From Isurus oxyrinchus (lineage: Eukaryota), in NCBI GenBank assembly GCA_026770705.1, contig JANJGN010000210.1, forward strand, positions 620,001-684,000: a stretch of 64,000 nt of DNA, read 5' to 3'. Shown here in pieces: positions 26,450 to 39,789 of this stretch. A model generated the notes under the pieces. It was not told the origin of the DNA, did not search any database, and saw nothing but the letters and a program-made list of their open reading frames with translations. The translations under genes and the position numbers were made by a program. How positions within the stretch are numbered: position 1 is the first letter of the stretch; every line of letters begins with the position of its first letter.

Positions 26450-29172
26450 AGGAGGGCTGCTTTGGGGTGCATCAGAGTGCTTCAGTTTGATGAGAGAGGG
26501 ACTTTTAAGGGTTAATTTCTATCTAAAGTATAATCTTTCTTTAATTTAGCAACTAACTAAATGTTGTTCTTTGGGTTGGGAGAAGTTGAGTTTTAGTCTA
26601 GCTTTAAAACAGGGGTTATACAGGCTCTGCTTGCAGCTGCAGCTAGTTAATTAGTTAACTGGCTTAATCAGGTTTTCAGAAGCTAGATTCAGGCAGCATA
26701 AAAGAATCCATTGATAGTTATGCTTTTATCTTCACTCGAGTGTTGCTTTGGGTTGCAATGGAATGCTTAAATTGGCATTTGGTAAGAGAGGGACTTTTAA
26801 GGATTAATTTCTCCCTAAAGTCTAACCATTCTTTAACATTTTTATTCATTTATGGGATGTGGGAATCGCTGGCTAGGCCAGCATTTATTGCCCATCCCTA
26901 ATTGCCCTTGACAAGGTGGTGGTGAACTGTCTTCTTGAACCACTGTTGTCCACATGGCGTAGGTACACCCACAGTGCTGTTGGGGAGAAATTCCAGGATT
27001 TTTATCCAGCTACAGTGAAGGAATGGCAACATATTTCCAAGTTAGGATGGTGAGTGGGTTGGAGGGAGGTGTTCCCCTCTGTCTGCTGCCCTTGTCCTTC
27101 CAAATGTTGCTAAAAGTTACTCTTTGGGTTGGGAGAAAGTGAGTTTTAGCCCAGAGCCAGATTATACAGGCTCTGCTTGCAGCTGCAGCTAGTCCATTAG
27201 TTAACTGGCTTATACAGTTAAGTCATGGCAGGCGGCTCGGCCAAGTGGAATGCTCCTCCTATGCGATGTGGGAAGTCAGGGAAACTTCAAGTCTCCAGGT
27301 GACCAAGTATGCAGGAAATGTCTCCAGCTGCAACTACTCAAAGTCCACGTTTCAGAGCTGGAGCTGTGGTCGGAGTCACTGTGGAGCAAAATCAAAGAAG
27401 AAATCTTCGTGGATAACACATACAGCAAGGTGGTCATACCACAGGTAAAGAGTACGCAGGCAGAAAGTGATTGGGTGACTACCAAACAGAGTAAAAGCAT
27501 TAGGCAGGTAGTGCAGGGGTTCCCTGGGTCAAAGCAAAGAGGAAACAGTAGCGTAGTGGTATTGTTGCTGGACGAATAATCCAGACACCCAGGGTAGTGC
27601 TCTGGGAACCTGGGTTTGAATCCCAGCATGGAATTTGAATTTGATAAACAATCTAGAATTTAAAAAGTCTAAAGACCATGAAACCATTATCGATTGTTGT
27701 GAAAACCCATTTGGTTCACTAATGTCCTTTTAAGGAAGGAAAATCTGTCATCCTTACCTGGTCTGGCCTACATGTGACTCCAGACCCACAGCAATGTGGT
27801 TGACTCTTAAATGCCCTCTGAACAAGGGCAATTAGGGATGGGCAATAAATGCTGACCCAGCCAGTGACGCCCACATCTCATGAATGAATTTTAAAAAGTC
27901 TGTGGCATCACGAGTGGCTCAGCTGCACAAGGTGGGGAGAGTGCAAGTGAAATATTGACAGGGGATTCAATCATAAGGGGAACAGATAGACATTTCTGCG
28001 GCCACAGACATGACACCAGGATGGTATGTTGTCTCCCTGGTGCCAGCATCAAGGATGTCACTGTGTGGCTGCAGGACATTCTGGAGGGATGGGTGAACAG
28101 CAAGAGGTCACTGCCCATATAGGTACCAATGATGTAGGGAAAAAGAGGGATGAGATCCTGAAAGCAGAATATAGGGAGCTGGGAATTAAGTGAAAAAGTA
28201 AGACCCCCAGGATTCCCCTGGAATCAGGATTACTCCAAGTGCCGTGTGCTGGAAAGATCAGGAATAGGAGGATATACCAGATTAATTCATGGCTGGAGAG
28301 ATGGTGAAGGAGGGAGGGATTTAGATTGCTGAGACATTGGGACTGATTCTGGGGAAGGTGGGACCTGTACAAGGTGGATGGGTTGCACCCCAGGAGGACT
28401 GCAACCAATATCCTCACTGGGATATTTGCTAGTACTGTGGGAGAGGGTTTAAACTAGGCTGGCAGGGGATAGGAAACTGAGCAGGGAGACACAAGAGAGG
28501 GAAACAAAGATTGGAATGAGAGACAGAAAAGTAGAAAGCAAAAGTGGAAGGCAGAGGAAACAAGAGCTAGCGGTAAATAGAGCCACAGTACAAAAAAAAT
28601 GTGTAAAAATGTTAAAAAGTCTAAAGCACAGAACATTCGCAATAAGGTAGATGGATTTACAGTGCAAGTAGATGTAAACAGATACAATATGACTGTGATT
28701 ACAGAGACATGGCTGCAGGGTGACCAAGGCTGGGAACTGAATGTCCAAGCATACTCGATGTTTAGGACAGACAGGAAAAATGGAAAAGGAGGTGGTGTGG
28801 CATTGTTAGTTAAGGACAAGTTTGGTGCGATAGTGAGAGAGGAAATTGGCTCAGAAAATCTAGAAGTAGAATCAGTCTGGGTGGAGCTAAGAAGCAACAA
28901 TGGGAAGTAAACATTATTGGGTGTTGTCTGTAGGCTTCCAAACAGCAGTGATCAGGTGGGGGTCAGTATTAAACGGGAAATTAGAGATGCATGTAACAAG
29001 GTTGCTACGGTATTCAGGGGTGACTTTAAGCTGCATATAGACTGGGCAAACCAAATTAGCAATATTACTGTGGTGGATGAATTCCTGGAGTGTACAAGAC
29101 TTTTTTTAGATTAGAATGTCGAGGAACTGACTCGGGAACAGGCTATTCTATATTTGGTATTGTGCAATGAAG
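26450..29172 (+). mobile_element. CR1 5' portion (repeated 5'UTR monomers, ORF1 zinc finger plus esterase, start of ORF2), interrupted by SINEs
   Basis: ATG at 27225, VCRKCLQLQLL, GDSIIRGTDR, CLPGASIKDV, HIGTNDVG, DGLHP, then ITETWL endonuclease motif. Confidence 0.85.
27545..27895 (+). mobile_element. tRNA-derived SINE
   Basis: A box TAGCGTAGTGG and B box GGTTTGAATCCC, ending in a TGAATGAA tail. Confidence 0.8.
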
Positions 29173-30198
29173 GAGAGTCATACACGCACTCAAAATGTTA
29201 ACTCTGTTTCTCTCTCCACAAGCACTGTCAGACCTGCTGAGTGTTTCCAGCATTTCCTGTTTTTATTTCAGACACCCAGCATCTGCAGTATTTTGGTTTT
29301 ATGCTAGCATCATAAGGAAATCTTTTCAGTAACAAGTGGTAAGAATTTGGAATTCACTATTGGATGGATACAGATTCAAAAGTGACCTTCAAAAGGGAAT
29401 CGGATAAATTCTTGAAGGAGAAATGATGCTGGGATGGGGTAAAGAATGGGGGAGTGGGACTAACTGGATAGCTTGCTGAATGTGTCAGCACAGATTCAAT
29501 GGGCCAAATGGCCTCCTTCTCTGCTGTGGTTTGATGACAATCTGTCATTTATAATAATGGAACGATTCATAATAAACATACGATAGTATCTCATAGAGCA
29601 CGGATGGTGGCCATTCAGCCCACTGTGCCTGTCCTGTCTCTGAAAATGTTACCAATCTGTTGCACTTGCCTGCCCTTTTCCGATCGCCCTCCAAATCTTT
29701 ACTTATGAAGTTGAAATTCAATTCACTTTTGAAAGTTACTACTGAATCTGCTTCTACCAGTCATTCAGACAATGACTTCAGTCTTTCCAAGGTTTAATTT
29801 GAAGAAATTTCTGCACATCCACCACCAGATATCAGACAAACAGTCTGATAATTTACCAAGAGTGGAGAAGTCGAGAGAGGTGTTGGTGAGGCAGAGCTAG
29901 GAGCTGTCAGTGTAAATGTGATAACTGATAGTGTTTTCAGATTATCATTGTGTAGAGCAGGTTAATGAGAAATAAGTGGAGACCAAGGCTGGATCCTTTG
30001 GGGACACCAGAGGTAACTCTGGGATTGGAAAGGGAAGATATTGCAAGTGAGTCTCTGGCTATGATTAGACAGAGAAGAATAGAACCAGGATAGTGCAGCC
30101 CCATCCAGCTGGACGACAGGGGAGAGGCGAAGGTGCAGAATGAACATGAACATGATTCAGTCCTAGATGTGATGAACAGCAAAATCCCATCACTGTCG

Positions 30199-31163
30199 TT
30201 ACTTGTGAATTCGCTGGTGTCTCAGCAGGTGGGGTGAATGAGTGAATCTCTTCCCACACTGGGCGCAAGTGAATGGTCTCTCCTCAGTGTGAACTCGCTG
30301 GTGTATCAGTAGGTTGTTTGAGGTAGTGAATCTCTTCCCAAACTGAGGGCAGGTGAATGGCCTCTCTCCAGTGTGAATTCGTTGGTGTGTCAGCAGGTTG
30401 GATGAGGTAATGAATCTCTTCCCACACTGAGGGCAGGAAAACGGCCTCTTCCCACTGTGAATTTGCTGGTGTCTCAGCAGGCTAGATAACTGAGTGAATC
30501 CCTTCCCACACTGGGGCAGCTAAATGGCCTCTCCCCAGTGTGAACTTGCTGGTGTGTCAGCAGGTGGGATGACCGAGTGAATCCCTTCCCACACTCAGAG
30601 CAGATAAACGGTCTCTCCCCCATGTGAACTCGCAGATGTCTCAGCAGGTGGGGTGAATAAATGAATCCCTTCCCACAAGTGGAGCAGGTGAATGGCCTCT
30701 CCCCAGTGTGAATTCGCTGGTGTACAATGAGTTGAGATGATCGCCTGAACCCATTCCCGCATTGAGAGCATTTAAATGGTCTCTTGTCAGTGTGAACACA
30801 CTGATAGTACATCAGCTCCCAGGAACTTTTAAAGCACTTCCCACAGTCTGGGCATTTAAAAGGTCTCACGTCACTGTGAACTCGCTGGTGTCTCAGCAAG
30901 TTGCATGAGAGGGTAAATCCCTTCCCACATGTGGAGCAGGTGAACGGCCTCTCCCCAGTGTGACTGCGCCGATGCTCTTCCAGCTCTGACGGGAATCTGA
31001 ATCCCTTCCCACAGTCCCCACATTTCCATGGTTTCTCCTCGATGTGGCTGCACTTGTGTCTTGACAGGTCAGATGATCGGTTGAAGCCTTGTCCACACAC
31101 AGGACACATGTACGATTTCTCTCCACTGTGAACGGTACTTTTTCCTTCCATGTTCAAAATCAA
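30199..31163 (-). pseudogene. Tandem C2H2 zinc-finger gene with a frameshift near 30515
   Basis: 229-aa ORF drifts out of the finger frame at FSCPSVG; further fingers continue to a TAA at 30199-30201. Confidence 0.85.
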
Positions 31164-33049
31164 ATGATATTCAGGTTATGATAAATCGAGTGAATGTCAG
31201 ATTCTGCTGTGATGTTTTGTTTCCGTTTCCCGACTGCAAATCCTCCCCTTGTAATCCCCTGTGAAACTGATTTAAAACAGAAAAAAGGGAGAGAGAGAGA
31301 ACCCACAAAAACACAAAGGCAGGTTGTGAAATCGAGCTGAATGAATCTGGTAATGTGTGGGGCTGGCACCAGGAAAAAGTGACCATGAAAACTGCCGGAT
31401 TGTCATAAAAACCCAACTGGTTCACTAATGCCCTTCAGGGAATGGAACCTGCCACCTGCTCTGGGTTACACAGGACTCTGGCCTCCATGGGAGGAAAGAG
31501 AGAGGTGGGAGGTGCAGGGGGTGAAGATGTGTTTAATACATCTTCAGTTCAACCAGAACTTTGGCTGAATATCCCAAACCCTCAACATCCACTACCTAGA
31601 AGGACGAAGGTAACAGATGTCAGTGAACACCATCACCTCCAACTCACACACTGTCCTAACTTGTCTGACATCCAGTACTGGATGAGCAGAAATTTCCTCC
31701 ATTTAAATGTTGGGAAGATGAAAGCCATTGTCTCCACTCCCTAACCACCGACTCCATCCCTCTTGCAGCTCTCTGAGGCTGAACCAGACTGTTCACAATC
31801 TTGTTGTCATATTTCAGCCCAAGCTGAGCTTCTGACTACAAATCACTAAAACCATCCATTTCCACCTCAGTAACATTGCCCAGCTGTGCCCCTGCCTCAG
31901 AGCACAGCCCGGTCCCCATGCTGGCGCTCTGGCTTCCTGTTCTCATTGATAGGGGACTTTCTGACCCACAGGGCATTCTGGATAAACCAGCTGTCAATGA
32001 TACCAATCAGTGAACGGGCATTTTTTCCCCCAGTTGGTAAAACAGAAGGTCCATGCATGGGGGCGGATATTGGACAGGAAGCACAATGAGGGGTTCAGAC
32101 ACTTTATTAAATACTCACAGCAGAAGCACATTAATCTGATCGGAGATCACTTCCTCATGAGCAGCCAGCGGTGTGCAGCCTCCTGAGATTCCGGGCCCTT
32201 TCCAGTCAGTATTTCTAGGAGCTGGGACACAGAAAAGAGTCTCAGTAAATTCAGGGATTTATTTGTTCACTGCTTTACAATGGGTCTGGGCTCATATTTG
32301 AAGTTTGTGCAGCCTGTGACTCCCTGGAATTATTAACCCTCCCCCTCCAGAGCCTTTGGGCTCTCTATTGCTTTTCAATGTCCTCCTGGCCTTGTTGTAT
32401 CTGATCCAATAAAAACCTTCCTTACATCACACAGGGAACAGCTTTAGACATGTTCTGACTTTTCACCTCAATCTTATTCTGCTGAATGATCTCATTGACC
32501 ATTCCCTTTCTCTCGATCAGTGCGTCCACCATCTCTTTTCTGGATTTCACTCCTTCTTGTTCCAGGATTTCATCTCTCTGCCTTTTATTTCTTTTACTGA
32601 AGATTCCTGTCCATTGCTGCCTCACAGCCTCGTCCTGTTCCCACATATTCTCCATGTCTAAGTGCTTCTCAGCTGCTGTGCCAGCCGTGGCCTCTATTCC
32701 AGCCCAGTCACCGATCTCTTTCTTCCCTCCACCCTTTTTACTGGTGTCACTATCACAGGGACAATCACAGTGTTTTCCGAAAACTGCCTTAACATCGGGG
32801 TCTTGGCAACTGGGTGGTCACAGTCCACCCATCTCTCTCCCTGCATTCAGACTAATAAGATTCCTGGATAATTCCCTTATCATCTGAAGATCGCGGTTCT
32901 TGTAGATGGGATGACATAGCCTTGGGGATGGGTGTGTGGTGTTCAGGGCACATATTACAGGAACTATTTTAAATATTGTATCACTACATCAGCTTTGTGA
33001 GTATAAGTGATAATTAAACCATTTGTGGGACCGATTTCTTATGGCAGGG

Positions 33050-34060
33050 CAGATTGAGGGGTAGTCAGTGAAGCATATGGGGGTCTTGGCCTTCATAAAT
33101 AGAGGCACTGAGTACAAAAACAGGGAAGTGCACCAACAGAGAGTTGTCAGGATCTGGAACTCTCTCTTTGAAAAGATGTTGGAACCTGATTCTATATCTA
33201 GCCTCCGCCCACTTGTCCTAGATTCCCCAACCAGTGGAAATGGTTCCTCTCTATCCATCCTGTCAGTTCCAATTAATATCCCAAAAACTTTGATCAAATC
33301 AGCTCTTATTCTTATAAATTCCAGGGATTACAACCCTCACAGTGAGGTGAAGACTTTTATCAGGAGGAATAGGGAGAGGGAAAATATTATTCATGGCACA
33401 GCTCTAAAGAGTGTGCAGGGACAGAGGGACCTGGGGCTTCATGTGCTTTGATCTCTGAAGGTGACAGAATGTATTAAGAGAGTGGTTAGCAAAGCCGATT
33501 GGATCTTGAGCTTCATAACTAGTGATATTGAGAACAAAAACAGGGAAGTTATGCTGACTTCTTTATAAAGCTCTAGTTAGGCCACAGTTCGAGAATTGCA
33601 TCCAGTTCTGGTCACCTCACTTTAGGAAGGATGTGAAGGTCGTTGAGAAGGTGCAGAGGAGATTTACCAGAATGGCTCCTGCAAAGGAGGTTGAGGGGAG
33701 ATTGGTAGAGGTGTACAAGATTATGACTGGTTTAGATATGGGGACAAAGAAAAGCTATTCCCATCAGCTGATCAGACAAGGACTCAAGGACAGAGGTTTA
33801 AGATTTTGGGTAAAAGGTGTGGGAGATGTGAGGAAGAATATTTTTACACAGTGAGTGGTAATGACCTGGAGGCTACTGCCTATGAAGGGGGTGGAAATGG
33901 ACATGGTGAGCGATTTCAAAAGGAAATTGGACAGAAGCATGAGGGAAATAAACTTGCAAGGATACGGGGATAGAGCAGGGAATGGGACTGATTGGATTGC
34001 TCCACATAGCTGGCATGGACTCAATGGGCCTAATGGCCTCCTCTGTGCCACAATAACTCT
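33050..34060 (+). mobile_element. Rearranged CR1 3' fragments
   Basis: LAFINRGTEYKNREV, VQGQRDLG, EKVQRRFTRM motifs. Confidence 0.75.
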
Positions 34061-34762
34061 GTGACTCTTTTGTGCAATCTCATTCTGTAACTTAACCCTT
34101 GGAGCTCAGATCACTCAGGTAAATATGTGCTACACTCCCTCCTAGGCCTTTCTATCCTTCCTGATGTTTGTTGCCCAGAACTGAACACAGTTCTTCAGGT
34201 GTGCTCTAACCAGGATTTGTGTGTCTCGGCATTTTTCCAGTCACACCTGAAATCGTCTCAGAATCACACAGTGCAGAAGAGGCCCTTCAGCCCATCGAGT
34301 CTGCACCAACACGTGAGAAACACCTGACCTACCTACCTAATCCCATTTACCAGCATTTGGCCCATAGCCTTGAATGTTGGTCAAGATGTCCCTAATGGGT
34401 CCTACTCTTTCCCTGGTTATCCTCTTCCCATTGGCATTGAAAAAAAATTTAGATCCCTGCAGTTAAATCTTTCAGACACTGAATTGTAGATTTTTCACCA
34501 AATATCAATTTACGATTGTAGTAAAAGTTCATAATTTTATTGTCAAGGGGTTCCCGCTGAAAGTTTTTGAAATTAAGGGGAAGGATCACAGATGGTGCTT
34601 TTAAAAAGGGACACTGCAGCCCTGAAAATCAGTGATATCTCCAGAATATTAAACTCGAGCCAGTTATACGGTTGTGAACATCAGCAGAAACAAAATATTG
34701 CCAGACTATCAATACTAAACAAGCTTACAAGCAGCAAGAACAGCAGGATCCAAACCCTGCAG

Positions 34763-36049
34763 TCACTTATGAACTTGCTGATGTCTCAGGAGGCATCGTG
34801 ACTGAGTGAATCCCTTCCCACACACTGAGAGTTGAATAACCTCTTCTCAATGTGAGTGCGTTGGTGGGTCAGCAGGTTGAAAGATTTTGCAAATCCCTTC
34901 CCACACAGCGAGCAAGTGAATGGCTTCTCCCCAGTGTGAACTCGCTGGTGTGCGGTGAGGTTGGATGACCGACTGAATCCTTTCCCACATACGGAGCATG
35001 TGAATGGTCTCACCGCAGTGTGAGTGCATTGGTGAGCAGTGAGGTTGGATGACTGCCTGAGACTCTTCCCACAGGAAGTGCAGCTAAATGGCTTCTCCCC
35101 AGTGTGAATTCGCTGGTGTCTCAGCAGGTTGGGTAAAACTGTGAATCCCTTCCCACACATGGAGCAGGCAAATTGTCTCTCCCCAGTGTGAACTTGCTGG
35201 TGTAAAATGAGGGAGGATGCCTGCCGGAAACTCTTTCCACAGGAAGTGCAACTGAATGGCTTCTCTTCAATGTGAATTCGCTGGTGTGACAGCAGGTGGG
35301 ATAACCCAGTGAATCCTTTCCCACACACAGATCAAGTGAACAGCCTCTCTCCAGTGTGAACTCGCTGCTGTGTCAGGTGGAATGACTGAGTAAATCCCTT
35401 CCCACACTCGGAGCAGGTGAATGGCCTCTCCCCAGTGTGAGTGCATTGGTGTACAGTGAGTGCAGAAGAATGCCTGAACCTCTTTCCACAGGAAGTGCAG
35501 TTGAATAGCTTCTCCTCAGTGTGAATGCGCTGGTGTGACCAAAGGCCAGATGACTGAGTAAATCCCTCCCCGCACATAGAACAGGTGAATGGCCTCTCCC
35601 CTGTGTAACTGCGTTTATTGTTTTCCAGCAGATATGAGTAACTGAATCCTTTCCCAGAGTCCTCACATTTCCATGGTTTCTCCATAGTGTGGGTGTCTTT
35701 GTGTCTCTCCAGGTTCAATGATCAGTTGAAACCTTGTCCAGACACAGACCATGTGTATGGTTTCTCCTCACTGTGACCGATGTGATGCTTTTTCAGGCTG
35801 TTCAGCTGGTTAAAGCTCTTTCCACAGTCAGTTCACTGAAACACTCTCACTCGGGTGTGTGTGTGTGTGTGTCTCGGTGTTTTTCCAGTGACACTGAAGT
35901 TAAGTATCTTTCCCCACAAACAGAACAGACAAACATTTCTCCTTCCACATTCAAAATCCGAGGATATTCAGGTTCTGGTGAACCGGGTGACTCTGTCAGA
36001 AGATGTTCGGTTTGAGTTTCACATCTGCAAATCCTTCCCTTCTAATACC
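34763..36049 (-). pseudogene. Tandem C2H2 zinc-finger pseudogene
   Basis: ORFs 35332-35718 and 34786-35328 with many fingers, broken by stops and frameshifts; acceptor ttccag ending at 36050. Confidence 0.85.
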
Positions 36050-36389
36050 CTGGAAAACGAGTTTATAAAAGTCATCACTGTCAGTCCGGGATGGAAAGTC
36101 AGAACAAACAATTCTAGTTTTAGCGGAATATTGTTTTTTCTCTTGTTCCCCCAAAGCTGTAAATTCACATACAACACACTCTCCCTCCTCCCTGGACTGA
36201 AATCCAAACCCATCTCCTCCATTTCTTTCCTCCACTCACAATTTTCTCCCTCCGTCTCCTCTGCCTGGGTTCAATTCTCCAGCTCCTGTCTGCAGACTGA
36301 CAATAAAATCAATGAATTAATCATTTTCCAAAATCCAGCCCTGTCAGTCCAGGATAGAATTGCACAATATCCTCTCCTCCTGCTGACAA

Positions 36390-36900
36390 AGGCAGGGATG
36401 ACCGCGCATGCGCCCTGCTGCACAAGATGGCAGTCGTTCATCCGGGCCTCTCACCGAGGAACGCGGATCGGTGCAACTGCCGCCCACAGACACCAGCGAG
36501 GAACCGGTAGCTTGTTATTCTGGCTTCACAACTGCTCAAGGTGTTTCCGAAGCCTGCATGTCCACCCACCGGCTGCATTTCTCCCTCAATTCCGCATTTT
36601 ATCTTACCGGCTGCGGACCGGACAAACCAGCAGCTTTCCTTCGCCCTCACTCACAATGCGCGTGTTCCAAACTCGAGGCGGAATTGCACCTGCACACTGA
36701 TGTCCAGCTCCAGCAGCCACAATGCGCATGCTCATATCACAATGCCTGGGTGATTGACGGCAGGTCTGAACCAATAGGAAGAGGTAACAGTTCTGCAGGA
36801 CCAAAGGGGGAGCGGCTGGCCCTGCAGCCAATTGGAGTGAAGGAGGGGCGGGGCTGAACCAGGGTCTCCCTCATTGGCTGAAACTCTGCATCATTTTGGA
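36390..36900. promoter_or_regulatory. CpG promoter module (NRF1, YY1, CCAAT boxes, GC box)
   Basis: GCGCATGCGC, CAAGATGGC, CCAAT and GGGGCGGGG seen directly; homologous to 960-1095 and 23440-23540. Confidence 0.55.
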
Positions 36901-37269
36901 AGATGATTTGCCTCAAACGCAAGGAGAAAACTGGACCTTTCTGTTTGTGGCTTTAAACAGATGAAACCCTGTGGGTGTGGAGCAAATATTTCAACATTTG
37001 TTACTGAAATGTGGAAACATGGTGAAACAAGGCACAAAATTAAAGGAATAACTCCGCAGACAGGGAATTCACCATTAGAACAAGGGGAGTCCTTGGTTTC
37101 AATAAATGAACCGGCATGAGGGTTAGGACAGGTCAGGGATAAGTTTAATATTCAGAACAACACAGAATGTAAACAAAAACTGATCTCAAAGACAATTTGT
37201 TGTAATGTGTGTGGAGGGGATGTGCTGAACCTGGTTTAAAGAGGTTAAACATGTTTTCCATATTGCACA

Positions 37270-37600
37270 ATCACAAACCTTCAAAGATGAGACATGAAAG
37301 CCCTCAACATTAATCATGACAAGTGGGAAGCTAATTGATGATTGATGCATTTGGAAACACCAGCTGTGGGCAGGAGTTCACCACCACAGCAACATGTTAT
37401 TTCAGAAACTCCAACACAGACAAACAAGGTGTCAGCAGAGATCGTCTCGCAACACGAGTAAGGAAAACTTTCATCCGAGGCACTTTCGCCTTTACAGAAT
37501 TGGCTTGTTCAGCCATCATATGAAGTGCAGCAGATCATCTCATCTGATCTCACCAAAGTTCTGAGGTTGCATTACCATCATCTCTCACAGATGGACAGAT
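37270..37600 (+). mobile_element. Old RTE-type LINE 3' fragment
   Basis: DMKALNINHDKWE ... IGLFSH-like C-terminal motifs. Confidence 0.45.
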
Positions 37601-39789
37601 GCTAAACATATCTGACAATCACATTAAAATCTGAAAGTCGGATGGGGATAAGCATTGGTGTTAGGTGGGAAGGTCTGGATCAATGTCTTACTCCAGGAAG
37701 ACTTAAAATCAGAATGACAGCATTTCAGAAATTATTCCTGTGATATCAGTGATCCCAGTCCTATCTGTTAGTAAGACTGATGGAAGTATTTAGTGGAGAC
37801 AGTAGCATGCTGGAGGATGATGTACACAAATGTTTTCTGAACTGAGGATAATAGTGAGGGGAAAGGAAGGGATCTTGAAAAAAAAAAACAGACTCTTCAT
37901 GTTGTTACAAAGGACATGGGACCTTGCACTTGCTTTGACACAACACATACACAAACCCACATGGATTCACTTCCGATTGATCAGGTGAACCAGGTTATGC
38001 CTCACATCACCAACCCAACTACTGACTAAGACTGGCGATAAAGTATCAGTGTCTCTAAGGACCAAAAGGTTATAGAAATTCAAGTAAACATCACCCTCCA
38101 GGGACTCAAAGCAGTTTTGACTATTTAATTCCAGCACTTTCTCTGAACATTAATCTATACTGGACAACATCTTGAACAGACATAATGACAAAAAGCTAAA
38201 CCACCGATATTAGGTGGTCTATGGCCACTCTGGCGATCAGCCCTGGTGGGAGATTTTAGACAATACAGAACATCTTTGCATAATTGCAGCCTCTACTTTC
38301 CTATTGGTATTCTGGATAATTCCCCTTATATTGATGGTCTCGGTGAAGGTCAGGCCACAGAGCAGAATGGATGAAAAGATGGCTCCAAACTCCCTCTAAA
38401 TCTAACCCTCTGATTTCGGTTTTGTAGCCATCTTTCCATCCATCTGCTGCCTGGCCCTTCACTCCACACAGCATGATCTTGGTCACCTTGTGCACACTGT
38501 TATGGATAACAAGCGGGTTACAAAACAGAAAACAGAGGGAAGAGGTTAAGAGTAGCGACTCAGACTGGTAAAAGGTGGGAATTGATGTTCCACAGGGAGC
38601 AATGCTTGAACCACTGTTATTCATTTTTTTATAAACGATTTGGACTCAGAAATCAGAAATCCAATATTGAAATTTGGGAGCAGGATTACAGTAAATCACT
38701 GATAAGAATTCCCAGTTAATAAAACTTTGTTGTACAGTTCATTAAATCTTTAATTCAGAGTGTACAATGACACGAGGAAGTGATGAACTGATTTATTTAT
38801 GAATTAATTGTTTATCAAATTGGGAAGCACAGTTGAGGAAGCAAAGCTGAGGAAGACGGCAACAAAATCCTGGGATCTAACACACATACATCAATATAGC
38901 AGGGAATTCTTGGAAACATGGTGTAGGTCCTTCTTTATCTGGAGATCAAATGTCTGTTGTTTAATTGTCCCAGGAGTTTAAAGGATCCTGTGAATTCCTC
39001 CTTGTGTTATTTTAATACAGACTTTACACTATTTACTTTTAGCTACGTTTTACTATGTTAAAGGTGCTATTTCAATACAAGTTGTTGTTGATATTGGCTA
39101 AAAGTAGTGGACTCAGGACTGTCACCAATAAACCTTAAAAACTTCACAGAATAATCACCACAGTCATTTTTAAACCGGAGACTTATTCCTGCATTTCAGT
39201 TTCAGTCAGAAACAGAGCACAGTTTTTACACCAATCTCTGATTTAACAGCACGTTTCCAGACTGCCTGACCCATGTTGTACAACCACAGTTGCAAAGGAG
39301 CCTTCTACTCGGTGCCTGGGAGCTTTGAAACCCAATGATTCCAAACAGAAATCAGAGTGTTAGATTTACAGGGAGTTTGTATTTCTCCATCCATTCTTCT
39401 ATGTGGCCTTGGACTCCACAGCCTGACCTTGGTCATCTTTAGGCTGTATGTATTGCACAGAAGTGGTTGTGACACATTTCTCACACCCCTCAGGATTAAT
39501 CCACATGTGGGTTTTGCTGTCAGTGAAGAAATATAAGAAAGACCAAAGTGTCATTTGTCGCTTTCAGTATGACCTTAAAGGATTGCATCCAGGCTGAAGT
39601 TCTGTTCCTGCCATATGATCCTCCCCCAGATTGTCCTTTCTGAGCTCCAGCCAGCTGATGTTAAACACTCAGGTACGAAAGACAAAATTATACAACAATG
39701 TTTGAAAAGCAAAGTTTGACATGCTATGTGACATGTATCCAGAATATTAAACAGCAGCCCATTGATATGGTTTATCAACTTATATATGA

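Noticed and set aside
35855-36700. 281-aa + strand ORF
   Set aside because: Antisense to the ZNF 5' region and promoter; no recognisable domain
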